Below, in pieces: positions 39,711 to 47,665 of a DNA stretch of 54,409 bases. The notes under the pieces are model-generated. The model saw only the letters and a program-made list of their open reading frames with translations. It had not been told where the DNA came from and searched no databases. Every line of letters begins with the position of its first letter. Positions within the stretch are counted from its first letter, which is position 1. A program made the position numbers and the translations under genes. The stretch lies in sequence record DRR723986_2294; one strand, given 5' to 3'.

Positions 39711-41141
39711 TTAAGCGTCAGATTGCCAAGCATTGATTTTTCGGTAAAGCGTTGATGGATTAACCTCCAGAGCTTTGGCGGCTTTGCGTACCCGCCCGCC
39801 GGACAGGACAACGGCTCGTTCGATGGCGCGCCTCTCCACAACAGCGAGGGGTTCGATGCCACCATTGTTGGCGGAAGAAAAGCTGGGAACAGCTGAGTGC
39901 GTACCCAGAGATTGACCAGTAATTTCAGGGGTACTCCCCCCCGGTGCGCTTGCGCGCTTCACAGGCATGGAGCCCAAAAGGGGCCTGAGCATTTCTTCGG
40001 TTAACTCTACTGAGTCGTTTAGTACAACAATGCTTTGGATCACATTCCCTAATTCGCGCACATTACCGGGCCAGCTATGGGCTAACAGGCGGTCGCTTGC
40101 TTCTGGGGTAAAGTCGGTAAAGCTTTTGCCTTCTTCGGCGGAAAAAATATTGAGAAAATGTTTGGCAATTTCCAGCACGTCTTGGTTGCGCTGGGCTAGT
40201 GACGGCATATGAATTGGCACAACATGAAGCCGGTAATACAGGTCTTCCCGGAAACGGCCTTCTGCTACTTCTTCGGCAGGGATTCTATTTGTTGCGCACA
40301 CGAAACGAACATCAACGTTGATTGGCTGGTTGCTTCCCACCGGCACCACCTGGCCCGTTTGAATGAACCGAAGCAGCTTGGTTTGCAGGTCGAGCGGCAT
40401 CTCGCATATTTCATCCAGAAATAACGTGCCTCCATCGGCGGCCACTGCCGCGCCGTCTCTGTCTGATGCAGCCCCGGTAAATGCGCCTTTAACATGGCCA
40501 AAAATCTCGCTTTCGATCAGATTTTCGGGAATTGCTGCACAATTTAACGCCACAAAGCGTTTGTTTTTTCGCGGACTTAGATGGTGGATAGCCTCAGCAC
40601 ATAACTCTTTGCCGGTGCCTGATGGCCCCACGATAAAAACGCTAGCCTTTGAGGGCGCGCTGTCTTCTATCATCCGATATACCGCTTGCATTACAGGGCT
40701 GCTACCAATGAAGCGATCAAACTTTTTAGCCGGTCCACCGCTATATTGCTTCACAAGGTTGGATAGGCGGGAAATTTCAAGCGCGTTGTTAACGGTGGTG
40801 GTAAGTCGCTCTGCGGTGAAAGGTTTAAGCAAAAAGTCGGACGCGCCGTTTCTCATGGCCTCAACAGCAATGGTCACGGAGCCATGCGCAGTGATAACAA
40901 TGACTCTTGAGGCAATTTTGTTGGTTTGGAGTTGCTTTAAAATATCAATGCCGTCCATGTCGGGCAGCTTTAGGTCCAGCAATATTATTGAGGGGGTTAA
41001 GGCATCAATTTTTTCAAGCGCTTCCTGGCCAGTTTCAGCGATATGGCACGTAATATCGAGCGGTTTCAAATATTCACGGTAAGTCATTGCCAGCGTGGGG
41101 CTGTCTTCAATAATCAGAACATTTTCTTGGTTTTTAACCAT
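39711..41141 (-). CDS. Sigma54-dependent response regulator (REC-AAA+-HTH), LuxO-like
   Basis: REC domain (IIED, LLDLKLPDMDG, TAHGS, KPF); FIGSSPVMQAVYRMIEDSAPSKASVFI; GPSGTGKE; GAFTGA; LFLDEICEM; NPSTLYRK. Start could be 41153. Confidence 0.93.
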   Translation of the reverse strand: MVKNQENVLIIEDSPTLAMTYREYLKPLDITCHIAETGQEALEKIDALTPSIILLDLKLPDMDGIDILKQLQTNKIASRVIVITAHGSVTIAVEAMRNGASDFLLKPFTAERLTTTVNNALEISRLSNLVKQYSGGPAKKFDRFIGSSPVMQAVYRMIEDSAPSKASVFIVGPSGTGKELCAEAIHHLSPRKNKRFVALNCAAIPENLIESEIFGHVKGAFTGAASDRDGAAVAADGGTLFLDEICEMPLDLQTKLLRFIQTGQVVPVGSNQPINVDVRFVCATNRIPAEEVAEGRFREDLYYRLHVVPIHMPSLAQRNQDVLEIAKHFLNIFSAEEGKSFTDFTPEASDRLLAHSWPGNVRELGNVIQSIVVLNDSVELTEEMLRPLLGSMPVKRASAPGGSTPEITGQSLGTHSAVPSFSSANNGGIEPLAVVERRAIERAVVLSGGRVRKAAKALEVNPSTLYRKINAWQSDA

Positions 41142-41178
41142 TTGAACCCCCATTTTATTGGTTTCATGAGCCAGCCTA

Positions 41179-41223
41179 GTGCAAATTGCATCAATGCCCA
41201 AGCATAGTTATTGCAATATGCAA
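41179..41223. promoter_or_regulatory. Tandem LuxO-type binding boxes
   Basis: TTGCA-ATA-TGCAA at 41211-41223 is an exact TTGCA-W3-TGCAA. GTGCA-AAT-TGCAT at 41179-41191 is a near match. The boxes are 32 bp apart. Confidence 0.7.
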
Positions 41224-41331
41224 CAGTGGTTTTAAGAAAATTGTAGTGAGTTGGTGACGAAAGTTTTACCGCTAAGGCCATATAATACGAATATATTTAG
41301 CGAATCGGCCTCGAGGCTTGGAAGAAACCCA

Positions 41332-41715
41332 ATGACCCATACTCACATATCAGACCATGACAAGCACACTCTTACTAAACAGCGTCCGCCGGAGTTTCTC
41401 GGTGGGTCTGCAGATGCCAGAGGGCATCGGCGACGTTCTGTGCTTTGGCCTGCCAATTTACAAGTTGGGCAGCACAACTATACATGCCAGATATGGAACA
41501 TGTCCCTTGGAGGCGCGCGGGTTCGTTTAGGTATGCCGATCAAAGAAGGCGCAAGCGTAAAGCTTACTATTGCGGGTCGCGGCGAAATCCCGGCAACAGT
41601 GCGCTGGTTTAAAAAGAATACAGCGGGACTTTCATTCACGGTGTCGTCAGATGAAGTGCGTCTATTATTTCTTGATAGTCTGCAGTCGCTTGGTCTAGAG
41701 CAGGCGAAAGATTGA
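41332..41715 (+). CDS. Stand-alone PilZ domain protein (c-di-GMP receptor candidate)
   Basis: RGHRR (RxxxR) and NMSLGG (D/NxSxxG) motifs, then ATVRW...GLSF. Confidence 0.9.
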   Translation: MTHTHISDHDKHTLTKQRPPEFLGGSADARGHRRRSVLWPANLQVGQHNYTCQIWNMSLGGARVRLGMPIKEGASVKLTIAGRGEIPATVRWFKKNTAGLSFTVSSDEVRLLFLDSLQSLGLEQAKD

Positions 41716-41814
41716 AGCCAAGGCGGAATAGCCAGCCGTTATGCTTTTTTATCATATTTATTTAGGTATAAGCTGCCCTTGACCAAGCTTTCTATCCGTG
41801 TCCTATAAGGCCAT

Positions 41815-42150
41815 ATGGTAAACGCCCTGAAAACATCGCTTTGGGTTGAAGCCCATGTTCGAACGTGTTTTTCCCGTGATTGCCCTGCTTTTGTTGTGGT
41901 CCGGGGCGATGCGGACCGTGGCGGCATCCTAATAAAGTTAGACCGGTTTGATGCAGGCCTTTTTCTTTATGAAAGAACGCTTGATTTTGATGGCAATAGG
42001 GTGTGGCGGCAGCTGATGGCGCGTGCTGATGCAGGTCAAGTGCAGGGGGCAATTGAGAAAAAGCGCACATTCGATGAAGATATGTGGGTTTTGGAGATTG
42101 AAGACTTGCGCGGTGTCTATGAGTTGGACGCCCCGTTACTTGACGATTAA
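41815..42150 (+). CDS. DUF1491-family protein
   Basis: LKTSLWVEAHVR, VVRGDADRGGILIK, FDEDMWVLEIED. Confidence 0.88.
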   Translation: MVNALKTSLWVEAHVRTCFSRDCPAFVVVRGDADRGGILIKLDRFDAGLFLYERTLDFDGNRVWRQLMARADAGQVQGAIEKKRTFDEDMWVLEIEDLRGVYELDAPLLDD

Positions 42151-42237
42151 TTCACCTGAAAGCCTTGACGCGAACATTGTTGCTCCATAGGTAAGGCGTT
42201 CATATAAAGAGCGTAGCCAAGAAGATAACGAGCAAAA

Positions 42238-42756
42238 ATGAGCAAACTTGACATCATCAATGTGCCGGACCCGCTGTTGAAAACAGTTTCAACGCCGGTA
42301 GCGAAAGTTGACGCAGATATTCGGCGCTTGCTGGATGATATGCTGGAGACGATGTATGCCGCGCCGGGCATTGGCTTGGCGGCTATACAGGTTGCGGTGG
42401 CCAAGCGGGTGATTGTGCTGGATACAGCTGAGGAAGGCGAAGAAAAGTCGCCTTTGTTCTTGGTAAACCCAGAAGTTGTTTGGGAGTCTGAAGAGCGCTC
42501 GGTATACAGTGAAGGTTGCCTGTCGGTTCCCGAACATTATGCCGACGTGGAACGACCAGCATCTGTTCGGGTGAAATATCTCGATTATAATAATGAGATG
42601 CAGGAAGACCTGATGGAAGGGCTTTCGGCCACGTGTGTGCAGCATGAAATTGATCATTTAGACGGCGTTGTCTTTATTGATTATTTGTCGCGCTTGAAAC
42701 GCAATATGATCGTAAGAAAAGTTCAAAAAGCACAAAAAGACACGATTGCGCTTTAA
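42238..42756 (+). CDS. def: Peptide deformylase
   Basis: GIGLAAIQV, EGCLS, QHEIDHLDG. Confidence 0.98.
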   Translation: MSKLDIINVPDPLLKTVSTPVAKVDADIRRLLDDMLETMYAAPGIGLAAIQVAVAKRVIVLDTAEEGEEKSPLFLVNPEVVWESEERSVYSEGCLSVPEHYADVERPASVRVKYLDYNNEMQEDLMEGLSATCVQHEIDHLDGVVFIDYLSRLKRNMIVRKVQKAQKDTIAL

Positions 42757-42806
42757 GGCAGTCGGTCAAGTCATAAAACTCCCCCGCGTGTTTTAAGGAG
42801 GGTGCG

Positions 42807-43730
42807 ATGAAGCTAATCTTTATGGGTACACCAGACTTTTCTGCCCCCACCTTGCGCAGGCTTCACGCTGAGGGGCATGAAATTCTTGCGGTTTACACTC
42901 AGCCACCACGTCCTGCGGGCCGCGGTAAACGTGAGCAAAAAAGCGTCATTCATAAAGTTGCTGATGAATTGGGCCTGCCGGTACAAACGCCGAAAAGCTT
43001 AAAAGACCCGGTCGCTCAAAATAGCTTATCAGCCCTCAATGCTGATTGTGCTGTGGTTGTTGCTTACGGCCAAATATTACCGCAAGCGGTTTTGGATGCG
43101 CCGCGCTTGGGCTGCGTTAATATCCATGCATCCTTGCTGCCGCGCTGGCGCGGTGCGGCACCTATTCACCGTGCCATTATGGCCGGTGATAGAGAAACCG
43201 GTGTTTGTATTATGCAAATGGGAGCGGGTCTGGACACAGGGCCGGTACTGAAAAGCGCCCGTTTGCCAATTCCTGCGCGCGCCACTACGTTGCAGCTGCA
43301 CGACCAGTTGGCCGAACTGGGTGCATCGCTTATCGGTGCCGTGCTGCAGGATTTAAACACAGGCACGGTAACCCCACAGGACCAGCCAACAGAGGGCGTA
43401 ACCTACGCTCATAAAATTGATAAATCTGAGGCACGTATTGATTGGGCCCAAAGCGCCGTTCATATCGACCGACAAGTGCGAGGGCTGTACCCTTTTCCGG
43501 GCGCGTGGACTACAATTGCAGGGGAGCGTGTGAAAATTTTGGAGGGTAAAATAGTTGAGGCTACTGCGCCTTCAGGCCCAGCGGGTGCCACACTAACAGA
43601 CACATTGCTGGTGGCCTGCGGACAAGGTGCATTTCAAATTGATGTGGCACAGCGGGCCGGCAAAAGCGCAACATCCAGCTCTGACCTTTTGCGGGGTTTT
43701 TCGGTGCCTGTCGGTACAATTTTGACCTAA
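42807..43730 (+). CDS. fmt: Methionyl-tRNA formyltransferase
   Basis: FMGTPDF, TQPPRPAGRG, NIHASLLPRWRGAAPI, GLDTGP. Confidence 0.98.
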   Translation: MKLIFMGTPDFSAPTLRRLHAEGHEILAVYTQPPRPAGRGKREQKSVIHKVADELGLPVQTPKSLKDPVAQNSLSALNADCAVVVAYGQILPQAVLDAPRLGCVNIHASLLPRWRGAAPIHRAIMAGDRETGVCIMQMGAGLDTGPVLKSARLPIPARATTLQLHDQLAELGASLIGAVLQDLNTGTVTPQDQPTEGVTYAHKIDKSEARIDWAQSAVHIDRQVRGLYPFPGAWTTIAGERVKILEGKIVEATAPSGPAGATLTDTLLVACGQGAFQIDVAQRAGKSATSSSDLLRGFSVPVGTILT

Positions 43731-43742
43731 CTAACTTTGATC

Positions 43743-44708
43743 TCAGGACTTAACCCCAAACCGTTTTCTGTACGCCCCGGGACCAATGCTGTAGCTTTCT
43801 TGAAATTGCCGCCGAAGCTTATCACCTGTTTCCAGTCCAACGTCACGGGCGATGGATTTCAGGCTTTTATCTGTCTGCTCCAGAAGCAGCTTGGCGACCT
43901 CAAGGCGTCTTCTCTTCAGGTATTGCATCGGCGAAATACCCTGTTCCGCTGAAAATTGACGGCTGAAGTTGCGGTCGCTCATTGCACATTGGTTTGCCAT
44001 ATCGTTAATAGTTGTCGCTTTTGATATGCGTGTTTCCAGCCAATCGAGCAGCGGGGAAAACCGGGAAGCGTTAGCCTGAGCCAATAACAACTCGCTAAAC
44101 TGTGTCTGGTTGCCAGCCCGTTTAAGGGGTACAATCATTCGCTTTGCGATTTTAAGGGCTTCGGCGTGGCCTAAGTCTTCTTCAATCATCGAGAGCGCAA
44201 GGTCAATTCCAGCTGTAACACCACCCGACGAATAAACGTTTCCGTCACAGACAAATATCTGGTCGCTTTGAACGTCGGCGGTAGGCACAAGTTTTTTCAA
44301 GTCCGCGCTATCCATCCAATGTGTGGTCACGCGCTTGCCAGATAACAAACCAGCCTCACCCATAATTAAAGCACCAGAACATATGGAGGTTATACGCCTG
44401 ACCGTCGGCGCTGTTTTCCTTAGCCAGCCAAGAAGTTCTCCTTTCTTGTAGCGGTGATCGCCGGTCAGGGCGCCGGGAACCAACAGGGTGTCGATTGGCT
44501 CTTGGATTTCGTGAATGCTTCTATGAGCGACAAGTTGAACACCTGAAAGGCTTTCAACGGGTCCAGGCGCTTCTGCAGCGAGAAAAAGTTGGTAGGGTGG
44601 CTGGCCGACAGCCTGCATGATTGCATAGTTGAAGGCTTCTATCGGGCCGATGACATCCAGCGACAAACACCCCGGATACAAGAGAGCAACAATTAACTTC
44701 GGTTTCAT
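43743..44708 (-). CDS. GlxA-family AraC regulator (DJ-1/PfpI + HTH)
   Basis: LDVIGPIEAF, DTLLVPG, SICSGA, TTHW, SSGGVTAGIDLAL, RAGNQTQFS, MSDRNFSRQF, PGAYRKRF. Confidence 0.93.
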   Translation of the reverse strand: MKPKLIVALLYPGCLSLDVIGPIEAFNYAIMQAVGQPPYQLFLAAEAPGPVESLSGVQLVAHRSIHEIQEPIDTLLVPGALTGDHRYKKGELLGWLRKTAPTVRRITSICSGALIMGEAGLLSGKRVTTHWMDSADLKKLVPTADVQSDQIFVCDGNVYSSGGVTAGIDLALSMIEEDLGHAEALKIAKRMIVPLKRAGNQTQFSELLLAQANASRFSPLLDWLETRISKATTINDMANQCAMSDRNFSRQFSAEQGISPMQYLKRRRLEVAKLLLEQTDKSLKSIARDVGLETGDKLRRQFQESYSIGPGAYRKRFGVKS

Positions 44709-44845
44709 GCCGGCTTTATCGCACAGGGGACCGCGTGATGCCAACAATGAGGATCAGCTTGGCCTAAAATGGCTGTTCTTTGTCCTTCTCGCATCTCGAC
44801 ACTCTTTTAAAATGGCTCAGGAATGCTTAGTGAAGGAGCCAGATT

Positions 44846-45454
44846 ATGCGGAACTGGATGATAATAAGCGGCTGTGTTTTTATGTTGGCTGCTGTGGGTG
44901 TTGCCGTTAAAGAAATGGAACAAAATGCAACAGCTGCCGCTGGCCTTTCAGGCCCTATACTGGTCGACGGTGTTCAAGTGGCAAGGGTTGATGCGTCTGG
45001 CCACCTTGAGCGGCCGGCAAATATAGATACATGGGTCTTCCTGGGTGCGTCGCTTGGCATGGGCTACAATGATCAGGTTCCTTTTGACCCGGAGACCCCC
45101 GGTAATTTTCAAACCGTTCTAATGGAACCAAACGCCTATCGAGGGTTTCAGAAAACAGGTAAATTTCCTGATGGCAGCATGTTTGCACTGCTATTTAACG
45201 GTTCGCGCACCAACGTTTCTATTAATCAGTCTGGGTTTGTTATGGATGAAGAGTTGGCGCTTGAAATTCATGTGAAAGACAAGCAGCGCTTTCCTGAAAC
45301 GGGCTTCAACTTTTATTTCTTTGGCCCGGAAGATCAATTGGCAGAAACACAGACAACTCCCAATGGCTGTACAAATTGCCATATTCAACACGGAGAAACA
45401 GACGGGGTGTTCACGCAGTTTTACCCAACTTTGCAACGGAAACTTAAGAAATAG
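44846..45454 (+). CDS. Cytochrome P460-fold c-type cytochrome (probably cytochrome c'-beta type)
   Basis: Signal peptide, WVFLGASLG, KTGKFPDGSMFAL, VKDKQRF, C-terminal CTNCH heme site and VFTQFYP; AAGGAG RBS. Confidence 0.88.
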   Translation: MRNWMIISGCVFMLAAVGVAVKEMEQNATAAAGLSGPILVDGVQVARVDASGHLERPANIDTWVFLGASLGMGYNDQVPFDPETPGNFQTVLMEPNAYRGFQKTGKFPDGSMFALLFNGSRTNVSINQSGFVMDEELALEIHVKDKQRFPETGFNFYFFGPEDQLAETQTTPNGCTNCHIQHGETDGVFTQFYPTLQRKLKK

Positions 45455-45509
45455 GCACTACTGAACACCTATTATGGCGCCGGAGCACCACAAACATTGC
45501 AATAAACCA

Positions 45510-45565
45510 GATTTTCCGACTAATAACGCACAATTGAAAATGTGGTGCGGGATAATCGGAAAGTC
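45510..45565. repeat. Imperfect inverted repeat / long hairpin immediately upstream of truA
   Basis: GATTTTCCGACTA (45510-45522) pairs with TAATCGGAAAGTC (45553-45565) at 11 of 13 positions; inner CGCAC/GTGCG stem. Confidence 0.5.
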
Positions 45566-45570
45566 GGAAC

Positions 45571-46311
45571 ATGCCCAGATTTAAACTGATAATTGAATAT
45601 GATGGCAGGCCCTATGTGGGGTGGCAGCGGCAAGAAAACGGGCCGTCCGTTCAGCAGGCGCTTGAAGAGGCCATTGAAAATTTTGTTGATGAGACAGGCG
45701 TCAGGGTTACGGGTTCAGGGCGCACAGATGCTGGTGTTCATGCCTTGGGGCAGGTGGCACATTTTGATACTGAAAGGGAGATGACGGCGGACCAGGTTCA
45801 AGGGGCCATTAATTTTCATTTGGGGCAAGAGCCTATTGCTGTGGTGGCAGCCGAGCGGGTTGATGAAAATTTTAACGCCCGGTTTTCTGCGGTGGTGCGT
45901 CACTATGTTTATAAAATTAGCAATCGCCGTGCCCCGCTTACTTTTAACACAGGCCTCATGTGGCATGTAAAGCCTGCGCTTGATGAAAAAATGATGCATA
46001 AAGCCGCGCAGTATTTGGTTGGTAAGCATGACTTTACGACCTTCAGGCACGCGCATTGTCAGTCTAAGAGTCCGATAAAAACCATGGATTATTTGCGCGT
46101 TGAGAGAAGCGGCGCTGATGTTCACGTATATGCAGGGGCGCGGTCTTTTCTGCACCACCAAATTCGCTCTATCACCGGCACCTTAATGCTTGTGGGTACA
46201 GGTAAGTGGACACCGCAAGACATGAAAGCAGCTCTTGATGCCAAAGACAGATCAGCCCTTGGTTTTAATGCACCACCTGACGGCCTTTACTTTGACAAGG
46301 TTGACTATTGA
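45571..46311 (+). CDS. truA: tRNA pseudouridine(38-40) synthase
   Basis: EYDGRPYVGWQRQ, GSGRTDAGVHALGQV, FNARFSA, HDFTTFR, SFLHHQIR. Confidence 0.98.
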   Translation: MPRFKLIIEYDGRPYVGWQRQENGPSVQQALEEAIENFVDETGVRVTGSGRTDAGVHALGQVAHFDTEREMTADQVQGAINFHLGQEPIAVVAAERVDENFNARFSAVVRHYVYKISNRRAPLTFNTGLMWHVKPALDEKMMHKAAQYLVGKHDFTTFRHAHCQSKSPIKTMDYLRVERSGADVHVYAGARSFLHHQIRSITGTLMLVGTGKWTPQDMKAALDAKDRSALGFNAPPDGLYFDKVDY

Positions 46312-46324
46312 GGCGTGTTGAGCG

Positions 46325-46786
46325 CTAGGCCGCATTACTTGCAGGTTGTGCGATCATGGCATAAAGCGCACTCGCATCGCTTGTTTGTCTGAGTTTGTCA
46401 CAGGTAGCATTGTCGCGCAAAAGCCTTGATACCCTTGCCAAGGCTTTCAAGTGATCCGCGCCAGCATCTATTGGTGCAAACAGCGTGAATATCAAATCCA
46501 CGGGCACATCATCGACAGCGTCAAAATCAACGGGTGTGGTTAACCGGGCAAATACACCGGTAATTTTTGTCAGCCCTTCAATGCGGGCATGTGGTATGGC
46601 GACGCCTTTGCCAACGCCTGTGCTTCCAAGGCGCTCCCGGTCCAGCAGCTTTTCCATTGCCAAGCGATCATCAAAACCATGCACTTCCGCCCAGCGGCGT
46701 GACAGGTTTTGCAGTGCTTGCTTTTTGCTGGAAGCTTTAAAGTCAGCAAAAACCAACTCTGCTACTAACAAATCTTCGATAACCAT
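46325..46786 (-). CDS. ptsN: PTS-Ntr EIIA component
   Basis: RERLGSTGVGKGVAIPHAR, PVDLIF, GADHLKALARVSR. Confidence 0.97.
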   Translation of the reverse strand: MVIEDLLVAELVFADFKASSKKQALQNLSRRWAEVHGFDDRLAMEKLLDRERLGSTGVGKGVAIPHARIEGLTKITGVFARLTTPVDFDAVDDVPVDLIFTLFAPIDAGADHLKALARVSRLLRDNATCDKLRQTSDASALYAMIAQPASNAA

Positions 46787-46898
46787 TACAACTCTCTTGC
46801 CTTGACCATCACTATTGCGATGGCATGCATTACAAACTCTCGTATCTAAAGTCGTCAGTTGGGTTTTCGGTGTTAATGCGGTACCGGTGGCTTGCAGC

Positions 46899-47480
46899 TT
46901 ATTCTTTGGGACTTATCCAACCAATATTGCCGTCTGCCCGGCGGTACACAACCTCAAGCCCATCCCCTTTTATATTGCGAAATACAAACGCATTTGTATC
47001 TGCCAGGTCCATCAACATAGCGGCGTCACCAACCGAAACTTTTGGTACTTCCCGGTTGCTTTCTGCAATGATAATTGGTTGATCATCTTCGCCCGTTCCC
47101 GCCGCTTCATCTGTGTCATTGTCTGGTTCTGGTGCAATAACAATATCGCGTACCATTTCCATCGCAATGTCACGACTCGGTAAATTATGGTGGTTTTTAA
47201 GGCGTCGTTTGTAGCGACGCAACTGTTTTTCCACTTTTTCTGCTGCAAGCTCGAATGCGGCATAGGGATCTTCGGCCTCTGCGCGGCTGTGGAGGTTCAC
47301 CCCTTGGTTGGGATGAAGGGAGATATCAGTTCGGTAGCTGTGACCTTCTTTGGCAAATGTAGTTGAGGCATCAATGGATCGGTTGAAGTATTTGTCGGAA
47401 ACGATGGCTAGTCTATCTTCTACGTGTGCGGTAAGGGCTTCGCCAACATTCATTTTGCGTCCGGTAACATTGATATCCAT
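46899..47480 (-). CDS. hpf: Ribosome hibernation promoting factor (long HPF)
   Basis: MDINVTGRKMNVGEAL, EKQLRRYKRRLKNHH, C-terminal VYRRADGNIGWI. Confidence 0.95.
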   Translation of the reverse strand: MDINVTGRKMNVGEALTAHVEDRLAIVSDKYFNRSIDASTTFAKEGHSYRTDISLHPNQGVNLHSRAEAEDPYAAFELAAEKVEKQLRRYKRRLKNHHNLPSRDIAMEMVRDIVIAPEPDNDTDEAAGTGEDDQPIIIAESNREVPKVSVGDAAMLMDLADTNAFVFRNIKGDGLEVVYRRADGNIGWISPKE

Positions 47481-47665
47481 ATGTGCCAATCTTCCTTTTG
47501 TGAACTGTTTGGATGTTGTGGCAATCTTCGTCATGATCAAAGCTTGCTTTCAACAATAAAAGCTTACTCAAATCTTTTGAGCGCGTCTTGGTTTTAATCA
47601 AGGCATTGAAAAATATTTACTTTTGGGGTGCAACAATTTTTGACCCTGCTCCAAAATGACCCGAC

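Noticed and set aside
41224-41331. Searched for a sigma54 promoter and Qrr-like sRNA divergent from the LuxO-like gene
   Set aside because: The best candidate, CGGCCTCGAGGCTTGG, lacks GC at the right spacing, and no Qrr core or terminator is visible. The TGACCC at the PilZ start is probably chance.
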